Source of the DNA: Naegleria gruberi
Taxonomy: Eukaryota
Strand: one strand, 5' to 3'
NCBI GenBank assembly: GCA_000004985.1
Contig: GG738894.1
DNA length: 64,000 bases
A model generated the notes under the pieces. That model was not told the origin of the DNA. It did not search any database and saw only the letters and a list, made by a program, of their open reading frames with translations. This document shows positions 46,794 through 54,762 of the stretch, in pieces; the first letter of the stretch is position 1, and every line of letters starts with the position of its first letter. The translations under genes and the position numbers were made by a program.

Positions 46794-49100
46794 TTAAAAG
46801 TCATATAATTCATTTTCCTTTTGAAGTTCTGTGAGTTTGAGCCACTTTTTGTACTCTGCTGTTTCCTCAAGTCTAGAAAAGGTATCAGATACATTCTTAA
46901 TGACTTCAAAGATGAGGATTTCTCTCAATTCAGAGTAAGGGATTGAGTTTGCAGTTGGTGTTTGCTCACAAACTTGTTTCTTCTCTTCAAACCATTTGTA
47001 AAATGCCTTTTTAGTAGAGTTTGGAAAATTGACCTCAAACTTGGAATAATTTCTCATATAGAGCTCTTCAATTTGGGCAGCCTGTTCGAAAGTTAAGAAT
47101 GAATCTGCAGAATTGACGAGGGAACTTGAACTAAATGTTCGTGAGGTTCTTGAATTGGATGTAGGCAATGAGTCAGTAGATGCTCCCATACTTGATTTCG
47201 ATCTATCATTACCTGAAGATGGGCTTTTCTTATTCTCCAATGATATTAACATTTCATATAACATTACATTTTCAATTGAAAATTCCTTCTTTGCAAACTT
47301 TCTCAATAATTTCATCAAATTCACATCTTCCAATCTGGATTCCAATGTTCTCTTTCCTTTTGGTTCATTGCCTCTGTTTGAAGAAAGTAATTTACTTATT
47401 TTTCTATAAATTTCAATAATCATTGCACTTCCACCAAGAATTAAATAACAAGTCAATGAAAATAGAACTGTCAATACTCCAATGGCAAATTGATTATTAT
47501 ACACTAACAGGGTGATAATTGTGAGTACGAGGAGTAAAAATATGAGTAACAAGTCTATCTTGATATAGAACGGATCATCAAAGAAAAAGTAGTAGTATAT
47601 TCCTTTCTTTTTGATCTTTCTTCGATTTCCAATCATATCCAATAGCAAGAATATTAAACCAATTACAATACATAGAATAATGACAGCACCAAGAGGTGCA
47701 TTTCTGAAATATCCCAAATAGGAAGTAAGGTAAACTTCTTTTTCTAGTATCATGAGAACCGAAGCTCCAAGAGGAATAAAAGGTACTGTTACACTTGTAA
47801 CTAATCCTAACCACTTCTTTCCCAAAAACTTGAAAAATTTGAAATGATCAGATTTTGAAATTATTGTAAACAAATTTCTCAGATAGAAATATCTCACAAC
47901 TGTTATAAAATACAGGAATACAGGATACATTACAACTGCATTGGCTATTCCATTATACAATCGAGTGCAATTGGCAGTAAATACCATAATCTGGAAAATG
48001 TTTCGCATAATAACAAAGAGTGGGCAAAGGTATGGAACAGCCAATCTAATTTTGATGGATTTAGTATTAAATGTCAATAACAGACCAATATAGTAGATAC
48101 ATAGAAAAAAAATTGCATAAACACCTTGGATTTCTTCATATTTAACAGGTTCAAAGGCACAGGTGGAGGATGAACATTCATATACTTCACTGTTCATGTA
48201 AGAAAGGGTGATATTGGAGATTCCAATACTTGAAATTGTTTCGTTTGTATACAATGTGATTTGAGGGTAACTGCTTTGAAGATATTTCACAAAATTATTA
48301 AATTCGAAACTAGAATTTGATAGAGAAATTTTTGATGACCTAAACAGACAATAATCGTGATTCAAATAACATGAAGTACGGTAAGAATCCCCTTTCACTT
48401 CTTCTCTGCACAATCTAATTAATGAATCACATGTTGTAGTGAAGTTGTTAAAATAATCAGTGACACATGAGATTTGGTTTTGATCTAGACTGTTGGAATA
48501 TGAAAAGAACAATGGTGCCAATCTCACAACATTTAAATCTTCAACCTGTAGGTATCTACCTAGCTTGTTATTTCCTCTAATCAACCTCAAAACCTTTGGC
48601 ATTTCTCTGTCAGTTGTTATGATAATTGGACCTTCATTTGATGACCAATAATCAACAAGAATACTTCCAAACACGCAATCAGAGTTGATTCTAACAGCTG
48701 AAAGAATGGAAATAGGTTTGATATCAGCATATGCAGAAGTTGAAATATTATAAATTTCTAATAATGTGTTAAAGGAACTTTCTAATATTTTCAATCGTTG
48801 GTCGGAAACTGAGTAAAAATCAGAATTTGGAGTAAATAGAATGATTCTCTTGTTTTCAAATAGTGATCTTGGTGTAGTAGTTGAATAACCTTTAAGAGCT
48901 ATTGCAATAATAGTTTCATTGGACGAAACTATCTGAATTGGTTGTTGACCATAAATTTCCTTCAATTGACCAATACTCGCTGTCTTTAACCCACAACTAC
49001 AAATCACACAGTGTAGTTGAACTAAACACAACACCAATGAAATCGTAAAGCTGATGTGCATGTTTTTTTGACTTTTCGTTTGGCAAATCTCACATGTCAC
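46794..49100 (-). CDS. Solute-binding-protein-like ectodomain + multi-TM + C-terminal RGS domain receptor (paralog of 28383..31449)
   Basis: 768-aa single-exon ORF. Signal peptide (MHISFTISLVLCLVQLHCVIC), SBP-like ectodomain, a block of ~7 hydrophobic helices, then an RGS domain (FAKKEFSIENVMLYEML...NYSKFEVNFPNSTKKAFYKWF...IFEVIKNVSDTFSRLEETAEYKKWL). Confidence 0.75.
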   Translation of the reverse strand: MTCEICQTKSQKNMHISFTISLVLCLVQLHCVICSCGLKTASIGQLKEIYGQQPIQIVSSNETIIAIALKGYSTTTPRSLFENKRIILFTPNSDFYSVSDQRLKILESSFNTLLEIYNISTSAYADIKPISILSAVRINSDCVFGSILVDYWSSNEGPIIITTDREMPKVLRLIRGNNKLGRYLQVEDLNVVRLAPLFFSYSNSLDQNQISCVTDYFNNFTTTCDSLIRLCREEVKGDSYRTSCYLNHDYCLFRSSKISLSNSSFEFNNFVKYLQSSYPQITLYTNETISSIGISNITLSYMNSEVYECSSSTCAFEPVKYEEIQGVYAIFFLCIYYIGLLLTFNTKSIKIRLAVPYLCPLFVIMRNIFQIMVFTANCTRLYNGIANAVVMYPVFLYFITVVRYFYLRNLFTIISKSDHFKFFKFLGKKWLGLVTSVTVPFIPLGASVLMILEKEVYLTSYLGYFRNAPLGAVIILCIVIGLIFLLLDMIGNRRKIKKKGIYYYFFFDDPFYIKIDLLLIFLLLVLTIITLLVYNNQFAIGVLTVLFSLTCYLILGGSAMIIEIYRKISKLLSSNRGNEPKGKRTLESRLEDVNLMKLLRKFAKKEFSIENVMLYEMLISLENKKSPSSGNDRSKSSMGASTDSLPTSNSRTSRTFSSSSLVNSADSFLTFEQAAQIEELYMRNYSKFEVNFPNSTKKAFYKWFEEKKQVCEQTPTANSIPYSELREILIFEVIKNVSDTFSRLEETAEYKKWLKLTELQKENELYDF

Positions 49101-49371
49101 GTTTCATTGGTAAACATCTTTAAAGGAAACTTTGGTTAAGCTCATGCGTTCATTGCAATTAAATCTCAAGTAAACGGTTCTAGAATCGAGTTGCAAGAAT
49201 ATTCATTTCAAGAAATGAGAAGATTTTAATCTATCCATTGAATGGATGGTTTTATGCCTTCTGCATACGAAGGAATAGGAAGTGATTTTGAACTTGCAAT
49301 TGTTCTCGAATTTTATTCTAAACAATTTCCTGAAACATTCATCAATAGTGTGTTTTCTAAATGAATGTAAT

Positions 49372-49426
49372 GGGGTGTAGCTCACATGGTAGAGCACTTC
49401 TTTAGCATGGAATCCACACATGAGCC
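49372..49426 (+). pseudogene. tRNA-Ala(AGC)-like 5' fragment (degenerate, no intact acceptor/T arms)
   Basis: GGGGTGTAGCTCACATGGTAGAGCACTTCTTTAGCATGG matches the 5' half of eukaryotic tRNA-Ala (acceptor 5' strand, D arm, TTAGCAT anticodon loop). The downstream sequence (AATCCACACATGAGCC) cannot form a T arm or pair with the acceptor strand. Confidence 0.35.
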
Positions 49427-49468
49427 AAAGTCGGAAGAAAAAGAGTAAAAAACACTAATTTAAAAAAA

Positions 49469-50320
49469 ATGAGTAAACTTAACAGACAAGATTTTGAAAA
49501 TCATCAATTCATTAATTCGGAGGAAATATTCACTAACAATAATAATAATAATAATATAGAAGAGAAAGTAAAAAAGCATGTAAAACTCGAACAAGAAATA
49601 TTTTCAGATGATATTTGTTTTGAAATAATTTCAATGATTGATGATTCGTGGTTTATTTTAAATAATTGTACTTTAATTTCAAAACAATTCTTTAATGTGA
49701 TCAAGGAACGTTCAAAACTTGTTATTCAATTTAAAAAAAAATTTACAGAGAAACGAGTTGAAATATTAAAGAAAAGTCAATTTATGAATAGTATTGTTAA
49801 TCTTAAATTTTCAACAAATTTGTTTGACTATTTTGAAGAAGCAAAATTTATAAGTGAAATGAAAGAATTAACATCGCTTAATATTAATGGCAATGTAATT
49901 GGTGCAGAAGGAGCAAAATTCATCAGTGGAATGAAACAATTGACATCACTTAATATTTCTTACAATGTAATTGGTGATAAAGGAGCTAAATTGATAAGTG
50001 AAATGAAACAGTTAATATCAATTAATATTTCTTACAATAGAATTTGTGGTGAAGGAGCTAAATTCATAAGTGAAATGAAACAATTGACATCACTTAATAT
50101 TGCTAACAATTCAATTGGCGATACAGGAGCTAAATTCATCAGTGGAATGAAAGAATTAACATCACTTGATATATATAATAATAGAATTGGCAGAGAAGGA
50201 GCAAAATACATTAGTGAAATGAAACAATTGACATCACTTGATATTGGTGGCAATCAAATTGGTGATGAAGAAGTAAAATTGATAAGTGAAATGAAACAAT
50301 TGACATCACTAAGAAAATAA
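49469..50320 (+). CDS. Leucine-rich repeat protein, paralog of 17527..18660
   Basis: 283-aa ORF. The first ~120 codons are ~90% identical in nucleotide sequence to the 5' end of the minus-strand LRR gene (MSKLNRQDFENHQFINSEEIFTNNNNNN...DICFEIISMIDDSWFILNNCTLISKQFFNVIKERSKLVIQFK). The same 24-aa LRR units follow (GAKFISEMKQLTSLNI...). Confidence 0.75.
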   Translation: MSKLNRQDFENHQFINSEEIFTNNNNNNNIEEKVKKHVKLEQEIFSDDICFEIISMIDDSWFILNNCTLISKQFFNVIKERSKLVIQFKKKFTEKRVEILKKSQFMNSIVNLKFSTNLFDYFEEAKFISEMKELTSLNINGNVIGAEGAKFISGMKQLTSLNISYNVIGDKGAKLISEMKQLISINISYNRICGEGAKFISEMKQLTSLNIANNSIGDTGAKFISGMKELTSLDIYNNRIGREGAKYISEMKQLTSLDIGGNQIGDEEVKLISEMKQLTSLRK

Positions 50321-50371
50321 GCTATTGAAAGATTGGAGAAAAAGGTAATTTATTACTAAATGTTAAAACTC

Positions 50372-52936
50372 TTATTGTTTAGGCATTGTATCACAGTAAT
50401 CTGTGTAGAGTGGGATATCTTCCTTAAGACCCTTTCTCTTTCTGATAGATTTGATGAGTTTGTGAACTTTAGATTGAGGATCATAAACATTGTCTTCCAT
50501 AACTTTCCAGTGACTGAAACTACATTGAGGGAAAGCTTGTCCTTGAGTAACACCTCTCAACTCTTCTGTTAAACCGAAACTTTCCAACACAGGTAAATTA
50601 CCAGTTATACTAACGAGAGGAGTACCAATTACCATTTCAGTAGATTTGATAACACCTCTTCTATTAGAAATGACACTATAGACAGAACCCATCACTGATT
50701 GAGGACATTGAACTTCAACAAGATACATTGGTTCAACTAACTTTGGATCAGCTCTCAATTGACTAGCAGTCATGACACGAGATGTTGCTTGGAGAATTTG
50801 ACCAGCTCCACGATGGATAGAATCTGCATGAAGATTACAATCATTAAATTTGAATAAAACACCTCTCATTGCTTCGTCACATAAACCTCCTGAAGAACTG
50901 CTTTGTTGGAAGCTAGTGACCACATATTGTTGAATTTCATTAATATAGTCAACTGACTTGGTTGCATTTACCAAAATGTTACTACCCTTATCAGCTTCAG
51001 GTCCAAAACTCCAAATTCTCTTTGTTATACTAGGATCCCATTCAAAGTCAATTTCTAAAATCTTTGCTCTCTTATTTTGATCATCCATTGGCAATTGACC
51101 TTCCTTAATCATTTCAATTAATTCCTCACTGATTGGTTCAGCTTGCATGTATAAACGATTGTGGCCGTTAGCACTTCTTGCCATGACCATGTCACCATTC
51201 TTATTTGAAACTGTTTCGTGGAAAGTGACAACAGGAGGAGACTTTTTAATTTGAATTCCTCTTGCATATTCTTCTTCTAAATTCTTTAAACAAATTTCCA
51301 AATGCAATTCACCTGCTGTTCCAAGAATATGTTGACCACTATCATTTTGCTTACATTCCAATAGAGGATCACTTTGAACGAGACGTTTCAAACCTTCAAC
51401 AAATCGAGATAAATCAGCTGGATTGACTGGCTCAACTCCCATTTGAACTACAGGACTCACAGAGTATTTCATATTCTTAATTGGCATACATGCAACTTGT
51501 CCTTCTTCTGTCAATGTACATGATTTGATAATGTACTTGTCAAGACCAACAATACCGACGATGGCACCACAAGAAGCTTGAGTGATACTTTCAGTGTTTT
51601 TACCAACCATGACTAACAATCTTTGAATGCTTGTATGGAAAACATCTTTCTTAGCAATTGGATCATAGTTAGGACCCAAAATTCTCACCTTAGTTGATTG
51701 AGTCAAACTACCAGAGAATATACGAGCTAGAGCAATAAAACGACCAACATTATTACTCATACTAGAGCTAGTATTAGAGTGCATAGGTACCATCTTACTG
51801 ACATAGACAACCAGTGGTGCATTTGGATCACATTCCTTAATACCAGTAGCGTATGGATCTGTCAAATCTTCACCAGTGTAGAGGTTATCATACCTGACCT
51901 TTTGAGCCTCTTTAGGAGAAGGTAAATGGTTGATAATCATTTGAACTAGAGGTTTGTGAGCTGGGAGGAACTTTCTCATGATTGATTTAGCTAAAAGTTT
52001 CGGCTCCTTTCTCTTTTCTTCTTTCGTCAGAGGTATAGACAATGCACCAATGATATTTTCCAAATCTGTTGACAAAATACCTTCACTCGAAATTGTATGT
52101 TCTCTAACCAACTTGAAAATCTTGAAAATAGGTTCTAAAATGAATTCACAGAAAGTATGTTTCAATTGTTGACCACTTGTCGATGAATAAGGTTCAGTGG
52201 TAAACTTCTTAGTTGAGTGATCATAATAATTTTCACCCCACAATTTGTTAATAACCTTCTCAACTGGAAGTTTAAACTTCTTGCTATATAATTGAGCGAA
52301 TTGCTCCAAAGTGAAAGCCCAACCCATCTTACCTGATCCAAAAGCAATGTTACAATCAACTGGATCAACAGAAACTGACTCATCAGAGTAAGTTGATAAT
52401 AGAGCATTCACAGACTCGATAATTCTTAAAAAGTTTTGATAACTTTCTTCTTCAGTAAATTGCATTTCTTCAATCAAACGGTCAACCTTGTTAATGAAGA
52501 GAACTGGACGAATTCTTTCTTGAAGAGATTGTCTAATTACTGTTTCAGTTTGACCTCTACAACCTTCAGCAGCATCAACAATCAGCACTGCACCATCAGT
52601 AATTCTCAAAGCTGTACTAACTTCAGATGAGAAATCAATGTGACCTGGACAATCGATCAAATTAACCAAATGATGATCATTCTCCTTGTCTGGATTTTCC
52701 AATACCATACTCAAACTTGTTGATTTAATGGTAATACCCTTTTCAATTTCATTCTTATCTACGTCACAAACTCTCTTCTCACCTGCAGCATCTTCATCCA
52801 CTAAACCAGCTGCTAAAGCCAATTGATCAGTGAGTGTTGATTTACCATGATCAACGTGAGCAATTATACTAATGTTACGAATCTTGTTACTGTCGAGTAA
52901 GAGCCTTTCGAGTATTTCTTTACTGAACTTGACCAT
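50372..52936 (-). CDS. Translation elongation factor 2 (eEF2)
   Basis: 854-aa intronless ORF. G-domain motifs AHVDHGKSTL, DCPGHIDFSSEV, NKVDR. INKVDRLIEEMQFTEEESYQNFLRIIESVNALLSTY matches EF2 [22 protein letters not shown].... The diphthamide-region histidine is present (SIHRGAGQIL), and the C-terminus reads GQAFPQCSFSHWKVM...RKRKGLKEDIP. Confidence 0.9.
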   Translation of the reverse strand: MVKFSKEILERLLLDSNKIRNISIIAHVDHGKSTLTDQLALAAGLVDEDAAGEKRVCDVDKNEIEKGITIKSTSLSMVLENPDKENDHHLVNLIDCPGHIDFSSEVSTALRITDGAVLIVDAAEGCRGQTETVIRQSLQERIRPVLFINKVDRLIEEMQFTEEESYQNFLRIIESVNALLSTYSDESVSVDPVDCNIAFGSGKMGWAFTLEQFAQLYSKKFKLPVEKVINKLWGENYYDHSTKKFTTEPYSSTSGQQLKHTFCEFILEPIFKIFKLVREHTISSEGILSTDLENIIGALSIPLTKEEKRKEPKLLAKSIMRKFLPAHKPLVQMIINHLPSPKEAQKVRYDNLYTGEDLTDPYATGIKECDPNAPLVVYVSKMVPMHSNTSSSMSNNVGRFIALARIFSGSLTQSTKVRILGPNYDPIAKKDVFHTSIQRLLVMVGKNTESITQASCGAIVGIVGLDKYIIKSCTLTEEGQVACMPIKNMKYSVSPVVQMGVEPVNPADLSRFVEGLKRLVQSDPLLECKQNDSGQHILGTAGELHLEICLKNLEEEYARGIQIKKSPPVVTFHETVSNKNGDMVMARSANGHNRLYMQAEPISEELIEMIKEGQLPMDDQNKRAKILEIDFEWDPSITKRIWSFGPEADKGSNILVNATKSVDYINEIQQYVVTSFQQSSSSGGLCDEAMRGVLFKFNDCNLHADSIHRGAGQILQATSRVMTASQLRADPKLVEPMYLVEVQCPQSVMGSVYSVISNRRGVIKSTEMVIGTPLVSITGNLPVLESFGLTEELRGVTQGQAFPQCSFSHWKVMEDNVYDPQSKVHKLIKSIRKRKGLKEDIPLYTDYCDTMPKQ

Positions 52937-53241
52937 ATTGTAATTATTTTAATAATCTCTGTTTGAATATTGAGCTAAAGAATGAGCTGTTAGTCAATTT
53001 GTTGTTTTTTTTAGTTTGTTTGATGGAGTGAGAATACCTGAGAGCTTGTTTAAATAGAGCTAAATTTGCTTGTTTTCAATTTGAACCTCCACAGCTTCAT
53101 ATTCAGACTTCTGTTTGAATTTGAACCTCTGATTCACTTACGAAAATGAACCTCTTCTTCAATTTCAAATATGCACATTCATTTTCATATTATTTTGAAT
53201 AATTTAAAAATAGAGTGTTGGTTCAAATTCAAGTTATTTTC

Positions 53242-53790
53242 TTATTTTACTTCCGAATTCAAGTGAGCAATGTAAGCTTCCACGGCTTTTGGCAATAAAT
53301 CATAACCATTCTCAACACCATGAATAATTGCCTTCTCAACCAAATGACCAAGTAACAACACAGAACAGTGAATTTCTGTTTCCAAAACATGATAACAACT
53401 ATGTTCGTCAATTGGTTCAATATGTTGATGAGTACTGATCTTTAGAATATCGTGATGACTCAGTGGAGGCATAGTATTACTATTCATGGTATAGTTCAAT
53501 AAATGCTTTTCCTGATGATCGACATAGTGAAATTCTTCCTGACCTAACAAGTGCAACAATGCATGGGGAATGTCATAATCTGGAAATACTTTGGCAGTTC
53601 TCTTGACAATATTGACATCTTCACTTGGAAGTGTTTCAGTTTCAACTTTGTTGAATTTGAGCAGAGGAGCTGTGAATTTATCAAAATCATCAGTAAATAT
53701 TATTTTCCAATATTCTTCTCTACTCAGTGGAATGAGTTTCTTGACGGAGTGTTGACCATGATGATGATGATAATGTTGACTGTAGTGATC
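53242..53790 (-). CDS. YbeY/UPF0054-like metalloprotein (putative rRNA maturation endoribonuclease); 5' exon not resolved
   Basis: The reading frame is open from ~53790 to the stop at 53242 and includes DIPHALLHLLGQEEFHYVDHQEKH, which matches the YbeY zinc motif H..HG.LHLLGYDH. There is no in-frame ATG upstream of the motif, and a candidate acceptor (tatcacag|GAT) sits at ~53783, so an upstream exon is likely. The track entry 53242..53559 is only the 3' part. Confidence 0.45.
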   Translation of the reverse strand, partial: DHYSQHYHHHHGQHSVKKLIPLSREEYWKIIFTDDFDKFTAPLLKFNKVETETLPSEDVNIVKRTAKVFPDYDIPHALLHLLGQEEFHYVDHQEKHLLNYTMNSNTMPPLSHHDILKISTHQHIEPIDEHSCYHVLETEIHCSVLLLGHLVEKAIIHGVENGYDLLPKAVEAYIAHLNSEVK

Positions 53791-53969
53791 CTGTGATATT
53801 TAAATTATTATTATTGAAAATGGATGTACGTGATTCGGAAGGCAGTAAAAAGGCAGTAAATTTCGGATCTGTTTTGTGGTATTTTTTTGTTGTTAGAATT
53901 GACAAACACTATGGACAATAATGTAGTTGACAAATTTAATGCATTTTCAATAGACTCTAAAAAGGAAAT

Positions 53970-54512
53970 TTGACAAGCCTACCACAATTTCTTGATTCTG
54001 AATTCATCAAACTATTAATTAATTATAACATTGACTATCGTATTATTGAGCACATGCCTGAAGTTGTAAAAGTAACACCCATTACATCTGAATTTGTGAA
54101 GAAATGGCCACAAGCTTTTACTCTATACCCAGAATTTTATTCAGACGATGTACAATTCATTACAGATAGTAATGTTATGGCTATTGCATTTGCTCGTGAA
54201 CCAGTGCAACTGGAACACTTGGATTTAGTCGCTCAGGCAGGATTGACAACATTGCAGAAAAATTATACACAAAACTACTCACTGGTAAAAAGAGAGAGTG
54301 GGTAGTCTTTAGATGTGATTTTAATGTGTGCTGGTTCTCCTTTTGGAGGTCATTTGGCTGATCTTATTCCAGAACAAGTCTTGTTGGACAGGGATTTCTT
54401 AGTCAACCTTGTCAGGAGAAATGGCTTTGCTTACCAAATGATTCGAGAAATGACGATGGAAGAGGATGAAGATGAAGAATTAGCTATGGAAGCTTTGAAA
54501 TCTTGGGGCTGA
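53970..54512 (+). CDS. Hypothetical protein (two in-frame ORFs separated by a single TAG)
   Basis: ORFs 53970..54305 and 54315..54512 are in the same frame, separated by TAG at 54303-54305. No domain recognised. Confidence 0.3.
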
Positions 54513-54762
54513 TTTGAATCTTCATTACTATATCAATATCATGATGCTAAAATAATTTACAAGATTTTCAAGGAATTATTGAATCAACGTTTGAAGGCTT
54601 TTTACAGTGAAGATTTCTTTATTCCCTCAAGATATTCTTCACTTGCTTTTAAGGTTTAACATTGAATAGGTTCAATATTTGAGAGGATTTATTTCCTTAA
54701 TCATTATGACTATAGAATAGTCTAAAGTAAATATTGCACTTTGCCACACCAATTTAAAAAAA

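Noticed and set aside
49203-49421. 72-aa minus-strand ORF overlapping the tRNA-Ala-like fragment
   Set aside because: Lys/Phe/Cys-rich translation of an AT-rich spacer. It overlaps the tRNA-like element and lacks any motif.
53551-53905. Plus ORF 53551..53796 and minus ORF 53720..53905 around the YbeY-like gene
   Set aside because: The plus ORF is antisense to the YbeY-like coding frame. The minus ORF is in a different frame from the YbeY motif and probably covers the unresolved 5' exon/intron region.
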